Of a DNA stretch of 64,000 nt, positions 48,027-59,247 are shown piece by piece. Made by a program: the position numbers and the translations under genes. Each line of letters begins with the position of its first letter. Within the stretch, counting starts at the first letter, position 1. The notes beneath the pieces are model-generated. The model saw nothing but the letters and a program-made list of their open reading frames with translations. It was not told the DNA's origin and did not search any database. The DNA comes from Candidatus Omnitrophota bacterium (lineage in GTDB: Bacteria; Omnitrophota; Gorgyraeia; Duberdicusellales; 4484-171): contig JAIPGM010000006.1 of assembly GCA_021735655.1 (NCBI GenBank), positions 32,001 through 96,000 of the forward strand, given 5' to 3'.

Positions 48027-48409
48027 TTCTTTAGTACCTCGACAATCAAGTAAGTTTTGTTAACGATAGATAAACCTTCCTCGCTAAATATTTTCTTTTT
48101 CATCGCATCGTTTACCTGCACGATCACCTTTTTAACATCATACTTTCTGCGAGCAACCCTACCAACTACCAAATTAAGATTATCATTACCGGTTAAAAGA
48201 TAAACCACATTAGCTTCAGATATACCGGCATTCTCTAGAGTATTTATATCTAAAGCATCGGCCCATATTTTTTTGCCGTTAAAATCATCACCTAGAGAAT
48301 CTAGCTTTTTTAAACTTTTATCGACTGCAACAACATTCTCGGTCTTTGATAGCTCAAGAGCTAGCTCCGTACCGATCTTGCCACAACCAACTACTACTAC
48401 ATACTTCAT
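48014..48409 (-). CDS. TrkA-N domain protein (second NAD-binding regulatory subunit)
   Basis: GCGKIG Rossmann motif; 13-bp overlap with downstream trkA. Confidence 0.7.
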   Translation of the reverse strand: MKYVVVVGCGKIGTELALELSKTENVVAVDKSLKKLDSLGDDFNGKKIWADALDINTLENAGISEANVVYLLTGNDNLNLVVGRVARRKYDVKKVIVQVNDAMKKKIFSEEGLSIVNKTYLIVEVLKKCIL

Positions 48410-48460
48410 TGAACACCTTAATTTAATTGTCCGGCGAAACTTCGCCTAATATCAGAGCTG

Positions 48461-48805
48461 TTATTTCTTCGCAGTTTCAACAATCTTAGTGAATACTTCC
48501 GGATGCTCGGCTGCGATTTGAGACAAGATATCTCGCGAAAGCAAGATATTGTTAACTTTAAGCCGATTGATAAACTCACGATAAGATGTGCCGGCTTCAA
48601 CTGCAGCTGCGTTAATTCGAACAATCCAAAGCGAACGAAAGGTTCTTTTCTTCAGACGCCGATGGCTATAAGCATAAGAATAAGCCCGGCGTAAAGTTTC
48701 GGCAGCCCGGCGATGCGTACGAGAACGCTCACCCCAATACCCCTTAGCTGCATTTAGGGTCTTTTTCTTTCTTTTTCGTGCTGCTACTGAATGATTTGTT
48801 TTCAT
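48461..48805 (-). CDS. rplT: 50S ribosomal protein L20
   Basis: ARKRKKK...GYWG...RR. Confidence 0.9.
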   Translation of the reverse strand: MKTNHSVAARKRKKKTLNAAKGYWGERSRTHRRAAETLRRAYSYAYSHRRLKKRTFRSLWIVRINAAAVEAGTSYREFINRLKVNNILLSRDILSQIAAEHPEVFTKIVETAKK

Positions 48806-48871
48806 TACTATCTCCTTAAAATGAGATAGTATTTCTTGAGTTAGTCAAAGCTCACTGGAAATACTATCGAA

Positions 48872-49069
48872 TTACGAATATGGCAATGCTTGTTTAAGCA
48901 TTTTCTTTGTTCCACTGGAAAGAAGGGTTTTTTTGCGCAAAGACCGTTTTCTCTTCCTGGTCTTAGAGCTCAAAAGGTGCCTCCGTCCGGCCTTAGAACG
49001 AAGAGCCTTCTTTTTCTTGGTAATTTTTACTCTTTTCGCTACCGATTTTCTTGTTTTCAGTTTAGGCAT
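48872..49069 (-). CDS. rpmI: 50S ribosomal protein L35
   Basis: MPKLKTRKSVAKR. Confidence 0.9.
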   Translation of the reverse strand: MPKLKTRKSVAKRVKITKKKKALRSKAGRRHLLSSKTRKRKRSLRKKTLLSSGTKKMLKQALPYS

Positions 49070-49154
49070 TGTTATCTCCTTGACAGAAAATGTCGTTAAT
49101 TAAGAACAGATTAACACAGATTCTTTAAAATTCAATGATTTTTAAAGCCAGCGA

Positions 49155-49658
49155 CTAGCGGGGGCTTAAAATCAACACCATGGTCTTACCCAGCATATGG
49201 GGCTCTCGATCAACCCTGCTAATAGGCTCAACATCCTTGAGCAACTTGCCAATAAGCCGGGTTCCGATATCTTTATGGGCTATCTCACGCCCCCGAAACC
49301 ACATCTTTATTCTCACTTTATGTTTTTTTTCTAAAAACTCTTTTACATGTTTGAGCTTAATCTCATAATCATGGGTACCAATCCGCGGACTAATTCTTAT
49401 CTCTTTTAGCTGAGTCTGTTTTTGGTGTTTTTTTACTTCGCGTTCTCGTTTTTCTTGCTCATATTTATATTTTGAAAAATCAATTATTCGACAAACTGGA
49501 GGATCAGCCTGAGGGGCCACTTCAACTAAATCTAATTCAAACTCCTCAGCCTTCTTTAGGGCCATATCACGCGGGAATACTCCCAACTGCTCTCCTTCCG
49601 GGCCAACAACTCTAACAGTTTTAGCAAGCACCCTGTGATTAACTCTTACATATTTCAC
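49155..49658 (-). CDS. infC: translation initiation factor IF-3 (the true start may be a downstream non-AUG codon)
   Basis: IF3 N- and C-domain motifs; conserved infC-rpmI-rplT order. Confidence 0.85.
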   Translation of the reverse strand: MKYVRVNHRVLAKTVRVVGPEGEQLGVFPRDMALKKAEEFELDLVEVAPQADPPVCRIIDFSKYKYEQEKREREVKKHQKQTQLKEIRISPRIGTHDYEIKLKHVKEFLEKKHKVRIKMWFRGREIAHKDIGTRLIGKLLKDVEPISRVDREPHMLGKTMVLILSPR

Positions 49659-51360
49659 TTAAAGCTTCCTCCTTTTTTAAAATATTTAAAAAATCTACTA
49701 TCTCCATGCTACCTAAATTCTTCATTCCGCGGCCTCTAAGGGAAATGTTCTTTGACTCCTTTTCCTTATTGCCAACTATAACCATATAAGGAACTTTCAG
49801 TAACTCTTTTTCACGTATCTTCTTCTGCAAAGTCTCATCTTTAATATCGGCTTCGACTCGAAACCCCTCGGCCTTCAGTCTAGCCTCAAGCTCTAAAGCA
49901 TAATCCCTTGCTTCTTGAGTAACATTTAAAACGCTTACCTGAACTGGCGCAAGCCACAAAGGAAATTTTCCGGCACAATTTTCAATCACTGCCCCAAGGA
50001 ATCTTTCAATGCTTCCCAAAATAGCTCGGTGAATCATTACCGGCCTTTCCTTTGAACTATCCTCACCGATATAAGATAAGTCGAACCGTTCCGGAAGATT
50101 AAAATCAACCTGAACCGTTGGCCCCTGCCAAAGCCTACCCAAAGCATCCTTAAGTTTCACATCTATTTTGGGGCCATAAAACACTCCGGCCCCCGGATCA
50201 ATTTCAAAGGGAACTTTCTTCTCGGTCAATGCTTCCTGCAAGATACTCTCGGCCTTATCCCAAGTTGTAGCATTGCCAACAAACTTCTCTGGACGAGTAG
50301 AAAGATTAACTTCATAGTTAAATCCAAACTTCTTCATCGTGTAATCGATAAATTCTAAAACTGAAATGATTTCGCTCTTGAGTTGACCCAGACGGCAAAA
50401 AATATGGGCATCGTCTTGGGTAAAACCTCTAACCCTAAGAAGCCCGTGTAATACCCCCGACTTCTCGTAGCGATAAACCGTCCCCAGCTCAAAAAAACGA
50501 ATTGGTAGATCTCGATAACTAACCAACTTACGCTTATAGATAAGAATATGCCCCGGACAATTCATTGGCTTAATAACATAATCCTGCTGGTCAATCTTCA
50601 TAAAATACATATTGTCGCGATAGTAGCTGGTATGACCGGAAGTATCAAAAAGATCAATTTTAGCAATATGCGGAATCGAAACTAACTCATAGCCTCGCTT
50701 AATATTTTCTTTTTTTAGAAACTCTTCAATTAGATTACGTATAATAGCTCCCTTGGGATGGTAGTAAACAAAACCAGCGCCAGCCGATTCGTGAATAGAA
50801 AAAAGATCTAATTCCTTTCCTAATTTGCGGTGGTCGCGTTTTTTAACTTCCTCCAAATTTCTTAAATGAACCTTTAACTCTTTTGGTGTATTAAAAGCTA
50901 CCGCGTAAATTCTCTGGAGAACCGGATTGGTTTCAATTCCACGCCAATAAGCTCCGGCAACCGATAAAAGTTTAAAAGCTGAAATCTTATTTGTTGATTC
51001 AATGTGCGGTCCACGACAAAGATCCACAAAGTCACCAGTCTTATACAAACTAACCTTGGTATCAGAAATCGCCTCGATAAGCTCAGCCTTGTAGGTCTCG
51101 CCTTTTTCTTTCATCAATCTTAAAGCTTCCTCTTTGCTGAGTTCAAGACGCTCAAAATTATGGTTAGCCTTAATAATCTCCTTCATCTTAGATTCTATCT
51201 TCGGTAGGTCTTCGGGAGTTAACTGTTGCGGTAAATCAAAATCATAATAAAAACCATTTTCGATAGCCGGGCCGATACCAAGTTTAGCTTCTGGATAAAG
51301 CTCCTTTACCGCAGAAGCCATAATATGCGAACAAGAATGTCTAAGTATATTCAAATCCAT
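49639..51360 (-). CDS. thrS: threonine--tRNA ligase (lacks N-terminal TGS domain)
   Basis: Begins at the editing-domain segment HSCSHIMASAV; class II core and anticodon-binding domain present. Confidence 0.9.
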   Translation of the reverse strand: MDLNILRHSCSHIMASAVKELYPEAKLGIGPAIENGFYYDFDLPQQLTPEDLPKIESKMKEIIKANHNFERLELSKEEALRLMKEKGETYKAELIEAISDTKVSLYKTGDFVDLCRGPHIESTNKISAFKLLSVAGAYWRGIETNPVLQRIYAVAFNTPKELKVHLRNLEEVKKRDHRKLGKELDLFSIHESAGAGFVYYHPKGAIIRNLIEEFLKKENIKRGYELVSIPHIAKIDLFDTSGHTSYYRDNMYFMKIDQQDYVIKPMNCPGHILIYKRKLVSYRDLPIRFFELGTVYRYEKSGVLHGLLRVRGFTQDDAHIFCRLGQLKSEIISVLEFIDYTMKKFGFNYEVNLSTRPEKFVGNATTWDKAESILQEALTEKKVPFEIDPGAGVFYGPKIDVKLKDALGRLWQGPTVQVDFNLPERFDLSYIGEDSSKERPVMIHRAILGSIERFLGAVIENCAGKFPLWLAPVQVSVLNVTQEARDYALELEARLKAEGFRVEADIKDETLQKKIREKELLKVPYMVIVGNKEKESKNISLRGRGMKNLGSMEIVDFLNILKKEEALSEICKS

Positions 51361-51416
51361 AATGAGACTTATATGCTGAGAACAGCTGTAGTCGAATTAC
51401 CTCCTTTATAAAAACA

Positions 51417-51489
51417 TGGGCGGTGTAGGGTTCGAACCCACGACCCTCTCGGTGTAAACGAGATGCGCTTCCAGCTGCGCCAACCGCCC
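51417..51489 (-). tRNA. tRNA-Val (anticodon TAC)
   Basis: Reverse complement GGGCGGTTGGCGCAGCTGGAAGCGCATCTCGTTTACACCGAGAGGGTCGTGGGTTCGAACCCTACACCGCCCA folds as a cloverleaf. Confidence 0.85.
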
Positions 51490-51540
51490 ATCAATGCCTG
51501 TTTATATTACTAAATAATGCAAAAAAATCAAGTATTAAAT

Positions 51541-51981
51541 CTAAGCTCCTGGTATGGCAGTCATACAGAACACCATAACAAAAAGAGCAACTGTTTCAAT
51601 AACCCCTAAAACCATTATATACTGACCAAAGCCTTTCCCGGTTTCAGCTAAAGCATCGCAGGCTTTAGCTCCGGCTTTGCCCTGATAAAAGGCCGACGCC
51701 CCCATAGCCAAGCCTCCTAAAAGCCCGAGGATTAATTGATAAATATAAGTTTCCGGAGGAAGATTGGCTCCGCGAATAGCATTGCGCAAAATCATCCCAT
51801 AGATAGTCTGAGATAAAGGCGCTCCGACAAAAGCAACCAAAATAAAAGGAGCAGCTTTATTCTGGATAAAAGCTCTTTTCCAGGCACCAATAGCTGCCAT
51901 CCCAGCTACTCCGGTTCCTAAAGCCGAACCTACAGCAGCTAAAGTTAAAGAAGCATTCATATCACCAAAACCTTGAATCAT
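51541..51981 (-). CDS. atpK: V-type ATPase proteolipid subunit K
   Basis: 146 aa, 4 TM, Gly-rich helices. Confidence 0.8.
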   Translation of the reverse strand: MIQGFGDMNASLTLAAVGSALGTGVAGMAAIGAWKRAFIQNKAAPFILVAFVGAPLSQTIYGMILRNAIRGANLPPETYIYQLILGLLGGLAMGASAFYQGKAGAKACDALAETGKGFGQYIMVLGVIETVALFVMVFCMTAIPGA

Positions 51982-51997
51982 CGCTTACCTCCTTGGC

Positions 51998-53770
51998 TTA
52001 TTCTCTAAATGGTTTATATTCTTTGCCGGACCACTGCATACCTAGGTGCCCGGAAAACTCAAGCATATTAAGTCTAACCCCGTGAACAATTACTGCCATA
52101 AATCCTAGTAGGATATTTAAAGAATGACCCAAAACAAGAATTATGGCTGCGGCTAAAGCTGCTAATGGATTGTTAATTCCTCCCGATAAAGCCATATTGT
52201 TAAAACTAGAGGCAACAACTACTGTAGCATAGCCAACTGCAAACAACCTAAGATAGGATACTATATCGGAAAAAGAGCTAATAATACTTAAAGGTAGATC
52301 AGCTAAAGAAACCAAAACTCCTTTAAAAAAATTCTTCTGGGGATTAGAAAACAAAATTACTAAACCTAAACCAACAGTTAATAACAACGGCCCCGAAGCC
52401 GGAAAAGGTTTATTTAAAATATAAGTTCCAGCCAGAAAAAATATGGCCCACAAAATAAAAATCCAGCCCACCTGAGCAAGGGCTTTCAAAGAATTAATAA
52501 AGGCAAAAGCCCGCTTTAGATGAGCTATGCTCAAATGACCCACGCCAATAAAAAGACACAAATACATCATAAAATTATGGTTAGAACCGACAAAACTGTT
52601 AATCCGGTTTATAACCAAATAATTAAACCCGGGCAACTGTCCTATCTTTTCAACCCCAAACCAAGTGCCAGTAACTGCTCCCCAAACAATCGTTGCCGCA
52701 CTTAAAACATAAGCCAGAACGAAAGGTTCTCGAGGCAGCGATCTGAATTTTCTGCTTAAGAAAAAACTCACAGTTAAAAATAAAAATCCGTAACCGGCAT
52801 CACCGATAAGCATAGCAAAAAAAAGGCTGAATGATAATAAAAACCAAAAACTTATATCAAACTCATCATAACCAGGAACGGTTCCCATAAATTTAAATAT
52901 CGGTTTCACGATTCCAATCCACCTAGGATTTTTAATTAAGGTCGGCACCTCTTGAGGATCCTCCGGTTCCTGGACCATCACTGCCCAGCCGTTTTTAGCT
53001 GCCGCTAGCTCAACTGCCTCTACTGATTGTTTAGGGCAAAATCCTTGCAAATAATAAATACCTTCCTTGAAACCTGCCCCAAACCGCACATGACCAAGCT
53101 CCAGACGCTTTAAAAGTTCTTTTCTGTAAATCTTTAAGCAGCTTCGATAGGTTGAGAACTCCCTTAATTGCTTCTCAACACTCCCGAGATCTCTTTTAAG
53201 GCCATGGATTTTTCTCTCTAAAGACTGTTGGCTTTCCTGAGGAATCCCTACCTCTAAAAAATCCAAACAATCATCATCCTTCGTGCCAATAAAAGCAATA
53301 TAGACCTCTCTTCCTTTTCTAAAAATAATCTGAATCATTTTATCTTTGGGAATACGCTTTAATGCTCTGCTATTGCACCTATATAGTTTAACAAAGGCAC
53401 CGACTCCTTTGAGTTTGTCTAAATCGTTGACTGAAGCATGTCCTAATTTTTTAACGAGCTCCAGGCGTTCTTCCAATTCTTTTAGTCTCCCAAGACACTG
53501 CTGGGTTTGTTGATTAAACCCAATAACCTCTTTAACAACTGAGGTAAGTACAATTACTGGAACATCCTTTCTTTGGTCAACCAAAGCGTCCATCAATGAT
53601 GCTGCCTGATCAAGGAGGTTGATCTTATTCTCAAGAGAATCTATTCCACCGGCATGAGGCTTTTGAATATGCTTAATATGGACTAAGCCGGTTTTCCGCA
53701 ACTCACAGAGAGCCTGGCTAAGATTCTTTTGATAAACCAAGACTGTGAGCTTTTTCATTTTAACAATCAT
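51998..53770 (-). CDS. atpI: V-type ATPase subunit I (116 kDa/a subunit)
   Basis: Hydrophilic N-terminal half, polytopic C-terminal half. Confidence 0.8.
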   Translation of the reverse strand: MIVKMKKLTVLVYQKNLSQALCELRKTGLVHIKHIQKPHAGGIDSLENKINLLDQAASLMDALVDQRKDVPVIVLTSVVKEVIGFNQQTQQCLGRLKELEERLELVKKLGHASVNDLDKLKGVGAFVKLYRCNSRALKRIPKDKMIQIIFRKGREVYIAFIGTKDDDCLDFLEVGIPQESQQSLERKIHGLKRDLGSVEKQLREFSTYRSCLKIYRKELLKRLELGHVRFGAGFKEGIYYLQGFCPKQSVEAVELAAAKNGWAVMVQEPEDPQEVPTLIKNPRWIGIVKPIFKFMGTVPGYDEFDISFWFLLSFSLFFAMLIGDAGYGFLFLTVSFFLSRKFRSLPREPFVLAYVLSAATIVWGAVTGTWFGVEKIGQLPGFNYLVINRINSFVGSNHNFMMYLCLFIGVGHLSIAHLKRAFAFINSLKALAQVGWIFILWAIFFLAGTYILNKPFPASGPLLLTVGLGLVILFSNPQKNFFKGVLVSLADLPLSIISSFSDIVSYLRLFAVGYATVVVASSFNNMALSGGINNPLAALAAAIILVLGHSLNILLGFMAVIVHGVRLNMLEFSGHLGMQWSGKEYKPFRE

Positions 53771-54378
53771 GAATTAACTAATTCCTTTTTACGCTCCAAT
53801 TTAGCTTTAGCAATCTTACCTCTAACTACTCCCGCGGTTTGTAATTCACCTAGATATATTTGAATAACTCGAATATTTTCTTTACTCTCAGGAATTTTTA
53901 CTTTCTCAAACAAATTTACCCTTTGAGTGGCAATCCTTAGCTCCTCTTTTAAAATCTCCATCTGCTGATGATAAATTAACATCTTTGCTTTTAGGATTAT
54001 CGTTTCTTTTAAGGCCTCAATAGCAGAATCAACCCATAATGGGGTAAGTAATAAGTCGTATTCTTTCTCGCTAAAATCAACTCCTGAAAAAACCGGTATA
54101 TCTATTCCGGCAACGTTATCAGTAACAGTTTTTATCTTAGCTACCTTTAAAAATTCCTCAACAGGAACTTCTTGAGCAAAAACATCAACCCAGCGCAAGA
54201 CCTGATTTCTTAAACTCTCTGTCTGACCGGCTAAATCTTTAATCGCCTGATACAATTTAATAATTTCAAGCTGAAACTGCTTTTTCTTTAGAATTAGCAT
54301 CGGCAGATAGCGCCTGAACCTGACTAAAGATTCCTTTTGACCTTTCAATTCATTCTTAGTTAGTCTAATCTTACTCAT
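53767..54378 (-). CDS. atpD: V-type ATPase subunit D
   Basis: 203 aa coiled-coil central stalk protein. Confidence 0.8.
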   Translation of the reverse strand: MSKIRLTKNELKGQKESLVRFRRYLPMLILKKKQFQLEIIKLYQAIKDLAGQTESLRNQVLRWVDVFAQEVPVEEFLKVAKIKTVTDNVAGIDIPVFSGVDFSEKEYDLLLTPLWVDSAIEALKETIILKAKMLIYHQQMEILKEELRIATQRVNLFEKVKIPESKENIRVIQIYLGELQTAGVVRGKIAKAKLERKKELVNS

Positions 54379-55685
54379 CGTTTATTGGAAAGCTGTTTAG
54401 GCCAGAATTCATCTAATAACTCGCTGCGGAAAGATGTTTCCTTAGGTTCAAAACAATCAGCCAGAATCTTCCAGCCTTGATCGAGTGCATCTTCTAAAGA
54501 TATTTTTACTGATAGGTCCATCATCTGAGATTCAAACAACTTACCATATTTAAGAAGTTTTTTATCCCACTCGCTCATCCGAAAGCCCATGGCTCGTTTC
54601 TCTTCACTTTCTCGATATTGAGCATATAGCTGGATCATCCCATCCATAATCGCCCGATGGTCTTTTCGACTCTTATCGTTAACTTGCTGTTTTAAGCGGC
54701 TTAGAGAACCAAAAGGTTCGATCCGCCCGCCGCGTAAATAAAACTGACCCTCGGTAATGTATCCGGTATTATCGGGAACCGGATGAGTTACATCATCTCC
54801 AGGCATCGTAGTCACCGCTAAAACCGTGATTGAGCCGGCGTTTTCAAAGTCAACTGCCTTCTCATACCTTCTGGCTAGCTGAGTATAAAGATCTCCGGGA
54901 TAACCCCGATTTGAAGGAACTTGCTCCATGGTAATGGCAATCTCCTTTAAAGCATCGGCAAAGTTAGTCATGTCAGTAAGAAGAACTAGGACATCTTTTC
55001 CGGCCAAAGCAAATTTTTCAGCCACGGCTAAGCTTAAATCCGGCACCATTAATCCTTCGACTACCGGATCAGAAGCAGTATGCACAAAGAATATCGAACG
55101 GGAAAGAGACCCGGCTTCTTCTAAAGTATTTTTAAAAAACATATATTGATCAAACTTAAGACCAATCCCCCCTAAAATAATCATGTCTACTTCAGCCTGC
55201 ATGGCAATTCTAGCTAACAATTCATTGTAAGGCTCACCGGACACTGAAAAAATCGGCAGCTTCTGAGAAACCACCAAAGAATTAAATACATCAATCATCG
55301 GGATATTCGTCCGAATCATCCGTTCGGGAATTATTCTTTTAGCCGGATTAACTGCTGGCCCGGAAATTTCAATTAGGTTCTCAATCAAGGCAGGTCCTTT
55401 GTCGCGAGGTTGACCTGAACCGTCAAATATTCTTCCCAGCATATTTTCCGAAAAGGCAACTTGCATCGGATGCCCTAAGAACCGCACCTCATCTTTAGTA
55501 GAAACCCCTCGACTTCCTGAAAAAACCTGTAAAGATACAATGTCTCCTTCCAATTTTATTACCTGAGCCAAAGATGACCTGCTAGCGCTTCGTACTTCAG
55601 CTAACTCCTCATAGGCAATTCCCTTAGCCTTTACAGTGATAACATTTCCGGAAACACTCAGTATTTTATTATGAACTTTTTCCAT
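54375..55685 (-). CDS. atpB: V-type ATPase subunit B (start set at internal Met; the ORF-track start at 55718 would overlap atpA by 50 bp)
   Basis: Non-catalytic nucleotide-binding subunit motifs. Confidence 0.85.
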   Translation of the reverse strand: MEKVHNKILSVSGNVITVKAKGIAYEELAEVRSASRSSLAQVIKLEGDIVSLQVFSGSRGVSTKDEVRFLGHPMQVAFSENMLGRIFDGSGQPRDKGPALIENLIEISGPAVNPAKRIIPERMIRTNIPMIDVFNSLVVSQKLPIFSVSGEPYNELLARIAMQAEVDMIILGGIGLKFDQYMFFKNTLEEAGSLSRSIFFVHTASDPVVEGLMVPDLSLAVAEKFALAGKDVLVLLTDMTNFADALKEIAITMEQVPSNRGYPGDLYTQLARRYEKAVDFENAGSITVLAVTTMPGDDVTHPVPDNTGYITEGQFYLRGGRIEPFGSLSRLKQQVNDKSRKDHRAIMDGMIQLYAQYRESEEKRAMGFRMSEWDKKLLKYGKLFESQMMDLSVKISLEDALDQGWKILADCFEPKETSFRSELLDEFWPKQLSNKR

Positions 55686-57441
55686 CTTTACCCATTTTGG
55701 TTTCAACAAACTTTTCAATCACCTGTTCTTGCTGCTTAAATTCGGCTGACTCTTGCTGTTTATAATTCAAATCAATAAATAACTGCCTTAACTCATAAAA
55801 AAAGTTACGGGCTTTTTCTTTATGCTCAAATTCAAACTCTTGATCTAATAGATTACAAAGTTTAGCAAAAACATATTTTTGCCGACCTAGGCTAGTTGCA
55901 GCATCCACCTCATCAAAACCATTCTGTTGCAAATAAACATTATCAATAAACTCTGCCTTTAAATGGAGAATAAAGTCTTCCATCGAAGTTCCTTCTTCGC
56001 CAACTACTTTCATCATCTGAGCAACCTCATTGCCGCTGGCTAATATAGCTTTAGCTTTTTTAACTAACTCCGAATCGATAAAACCCTGATAGCGCGACCA
56101 ACTAGTCAGAGGGTCGATTGAAGGAAACCGACGAGCATTAGCTCGATCGCGAGAAAGACCATGAAAAGCACCAACCACCTTAAGCGTTGCTTGAGTAACC
56201 GGCTCTTCAAAATTACCTCCAGCCGGAGAAACGGTTCCGCCAATAGTCAAACTCCCTTTTTGACCATTTCTCAATTTAACTACCCCTGAGCGTTCATAAA
56301 ACTCAGCGATTCGAGACTCTAAATAAGCCGGGTAAGCTTCCTCACCGGGGATTTCCTCCAATCGTCCGGAAACCTCCCGCATAGCCTGAGCCCAGCGTGA
56401 AGTTGAATCAGCTAACAGCAAAACATCTAGGCCCATCTGACGGTAATACTCACCTAGAGTTGTAGCAGTATAAACTGAAGCATCACGGGCTGAAACTGGC
56501 ATTGAAGAAGTATTACAAATTATAATCGTACGCTCAATTAATGGTTTATTAGTCCGCGGGTCAACAAGCTCAGGAAACTTTCTTAAAGTCTCAACTACTT
56601 CTCCAGCTCTTTCACCGCAAGCAGCCACGATAACCACATCTATCTCAGCATAGCGACTAGTAAGCTGCTGAAGAACAGTCTTTCCCGAACCAAAGGGACC
56701 GGGAATACAAAAAGTTCCGCCTTTGGCCACTGGAAATAAACTATCTATTATCCGAGCCTTGGTAATCAATGGTTCCTGAGGAGTAAGTTTTTCAAGATAA
56801 GCAAAAATAGGAATCTTTATCGGCCATTTAAACACCATAGTCAAATCTATAATTTCACCATTAGGGCTTTTTAATTTAGCAATCGTATCTTTGGTTTTAT
56901 AGCTGCCTTCGGCGGCTATTTCCTCAACCGTATACTCATCATTAAGATAAAAAGGCACCATAATATAATGTTTAAATATCCCTTCCGGAACAACACCTAA
57001 AATGCTGCCTTTGGTTACTTTAATTTTTTTAGCCTTAACCAAAGGTTTGAACTCCCATTTCTTATTTGAATCCAAAGCCTCGATTTGCAAACCCCGGGGA
57101 AGGAAAAAACCGCACTTTTTGGCTAACTCCGGCAAAGGATTTTGCAGCCCGTCGAAAATCTGGCCCAAAAGCCCAGGACCTAGTTGAACCGAAAGCATCT
57201 GACCGGAAAATTCTACTCTATCTCCAATTCGTATCCCTTTAGTGTCTTCAAACACCTGCATATAGGCACTGTCTCCGTTTATTTTTATAACTTCAGCCAT
57301 CAAACGCTCAGTAGATGAAGCCTTTCCTTTAGGCTCACCTAGCAAACAATAGCCGACTTCGTTTTGAACAATATCGCTATCGCATTCAACAGTAATCATA
57401 TTGCCCTGAACAAGAGTAATTTTTCCCAAACGCTGGCTCAT
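55669..57441 (-). CDS. atpA: V-type ATPase catalytic subunit A
   Basis: Walker A GPFGSGKT, non-homologous insert region. Confidence 0.9.
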   Translation of the reverse strand: MSQRLGKITLVQGNMITVECDSDIVQNEVGYCLLGEPKGKASSTERLMAEVIKINGDSAYMQVFEDTKGIRIGDRVEFSGQMLSVQLGPGLLGQIFDGLQNPLPELAKKCGFFLPRGLQIEALDSNKKWEFKPLVKAKKIKVTKGSILGVVPEGIFKHYIMVPFYLNDEYTVEEIAAEGSYKTKDTIAKLKSPNGEIIDLTMVFKWPIKIPIFAYLEKLTPQEPLITKARIIDSLFPVAKGGTFCIPGPFGSGKTVLQQLTSRYAEIDVVIVAACGERAGEVVETLRKFPELVDPRTNKPLIERTIIICNTSSMPVSARDASVYTATTLGEYYRQMGLDVLLLADSTSRWAQAMREVSGRLEEIPGEEAYPAYLESRIAEFYERSGVVKLRNGQKGSLTIGGTVSPAGGNFEEPVTQATLKVVGAFHGLSRDRANARRFPSIDPLTSWSRYQGFIDSELVKKAKAILASGNEVAQMMKVVGEEGTSMEDFILHLKAEFIDNVYLQQNGFDEVDAATSLGRQKYVFAKLCNLLDQEFEFEHKEKARNFFYELRQLFIDLNYKQQESAEFKQQEQVIEKFVETKMGKDGKSS

Positions 57442-57932
57442 AGTTTCACCCCAGTCAATTGATCAAAGCGAACAGTGCCTTTTCCTTTATCAAAACTAAA
57501 AATTCGCTCTACAATTTGTAATTTTAAAAAATATAAAATAAGACTGGCTAAATCAAAGTTATGTTCTAAGGCCCTTTCTTCAATAAACTTCCACCTAAGT
57601 TCAAGCAAATTAATTTCAACCTCTAGTGGCTGCCCGGAGATAGCCTTAGCTATTTCCGCTTTGGGTTGATAGCTTTTATTTTCCTTTTTAGCTTTTCGCA
57701 CTAAAGCAATCTCGTTACGCAGGGCTTTCTCAAAACTCCCATAATCACTTAAAACTTGTGGCCCGCCGCTAGTTTCAAAAAAATCATCAATATCTATCCG
57801 ACTGATAACTTTAAACTCCGGATCGGTTAACCACTTCTTAGCCTCTTCCAAAAAAGAGGCTCGGTCAGTCTGGGCTTTTTGATTGAATTGAAGGCTGGGC
57901 AGCTGAGATACAAAATAATAATATTTATCCAT
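57438..57932 (-). CDS. V-ATPase-operon-associated hypothetical protein (sits where the uncharacterised gene between E and A is found in chlamydial/spirochaetal operons)
   Basis: Translationally coupled between atpE and atpA; no recognised catalytic motif. Confidence 0.5.
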   Translation of the reverse strand: MDKYYYFVSQLPSLQFNQKAQTDRASFLEEAKKWLTDPEFKVISRIDIDDFFETSGGPQVLSDYGSFEKALRNEIALVRKAKKENKSYQPKAEIAKAISGQPLEVEINLLELRWKFIEERALEHNFDLASLILYFLKLQIVERIFSFDKGKGTVRFDQLTGVKL

Positions 57933-58534
57933 TATTTAGTATCAAGCATTGCGCCGATAGCCGGGTTTAGAAAACTTCTCAAAGCTTCCCCAATAGTTTC
58001 ATCAGTAAAATCATAATACAAATCCTGACCCTTTATACCGATGCGAAATCCCCTATTGATATTTTTATTAATTTTTATTTCTATTTTTCCCTTAGCCTTA
58101 GCTCTTAACTCTTCATCGAGCAAACTTTCCAATTTCCGTTTGTCTTGCTCGCTTACTAAAACTTCCAAGGCCACTTCTTTATCCTTGGTCCAATTCTCGA
58201 CTATTTTTACAATCAGTTTAGCCATAAACTCCGGTTTGAGCTCTCCGGCTACTTTCTGCTTAAGCAACCCCGCCAGCAAACCATTAACTTCGTTTTTAAG
58301 GCTTAGTAAGAAATCTCTGGCCGCCTGCTTTAAGGCATCCTCAGTATTAGCTTTAAGCTTACTGGCTTGAGCTTTACCTTGTGAAACTATATTTTCAGCC
58401 TCTCGCTCAGCCTTCTCGATAATTGTATCTGCTTCAGCCTGAGCCTTAGCCACCATATCTTTAGAGATTTTTTGAGCCTCATCCAGCCCATCTTTTTTAA
58501 TTCTAGCAATTAGACTATCCAGTTTTATATCCAT
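57932..58534 (-). CDS. atpE: V-type ATPase subunit E
   Basis: 200 aa; N-terminal coiled coil rich in A/K/E. Confidence 0.75.
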   Translation of the reverse strand: MDIKLDSLIARIKKDGLDEAQKISKDMVAKAQAEADTIIEKAEREAENIVSQGKAQASKLKANTEDALKQAARDFLLSLKNEVNGLLAGLLKQKVAGELKPEFMAKLIVKIVENWTKDKEVALEVLVSEQDKRKLESLLDEELRAKAKGKIEIKINKNINRGFRIGIKGQDLYYDFTDETIGEALRSFLNPAIGAMLDTK

Positions 58535-58581
58535 AGGATCGTATTATATCGGCTCCCTGAAAAAAGAGCAAATTGTTTATT

Positions 58582-59247
58582 TTAACCCCTTAAGACTTCC
58601 TCAGCTGCAGCCAAGTAATTTTTCTTAGCTACTATTGGCCTACCAACCACAAAATAATCGACCTTATTTTTAAGGGCATCGGTTACTGTAGCCACCCTTT
58701 TTTGATCATCACTAGTTTTCTTTGGTCTTATCCCCGGAGTTATCGTAATCAACCCAAACTTTTGCTTTATTTTTTTTGCCTCCCAAACACTACAAACCAC
58801 GCCGTCAACTCCAGCTTGTTTAGCCACCTTAGCTAACTTTAAAACTTTATCAATTGAGCTCTGTTTGGAAGTTAATTCGGTAACTCCAATAACTAAAGGC
58901 GCTCTCTTTTTTTTGCGCCGAGCCTCTTTCTTAATCTCTCGCTTTAAAAAACTTATTGCTTCTTCTCCGGCCTTTAAGTGTACTGTAAAAGCCCAAACTC
59001 CCAAATCAACAAAAGCCTTGGCCGTCTCAACCATGGTGTTCGGGATATCATATAGCTTAAAATCTAAAAAAACCTTAGCGCCTCTTTTAGCAACCGCCTT
59101 AACAATTTTTGGCCCAAATCTAGTATAAGCAATTAAGCCAATTTTAAATATTTTAACTTTCGGAGAAAGCACTCTAATTGCTTTCCTTATCTGACTTTGC
59201 GAAGTTAAATCTAAAGCAACAATTAGTTTACTCCAAGGTCTAGACAA
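58582..59247 (-). CDS. pyrF: orotidine 5'-phosphate decarboxylase
   Basis: DxKxxDIPNT-type motif (FLDFKLYDIPNT). Confidence 0.85.
   Translation of the reverse strand: MSRPWSKLIVALDLTSQSQIRKAIRVLSPKVKIFKIGLIAYTRFGPKIVKAVAKRGAKVFLDFKLYDIPNTMVETAKAFVDLGVWAFTVHLKAGEEAISFLKREIKKEARRKKKRAPLVIGVTELTSKQSSIDKVLKLAKVAKQAGVDGVVCSVWEAKKIKQKFGLITITPGIRPKKTSDDQKRVATVTDALKNKVDYFVVGRPIVAKKNYLAAAEEVLRG

Noticed and set aside
55686-55718. 50-bp overlap between atpA and the annotated atpB start
   Set aside because: An internal Met ([13 protein letters not shown]...) 11 codons downstream gives a typical V-ATPase B N-terminus and removes the overlap, so the start was adjusted.
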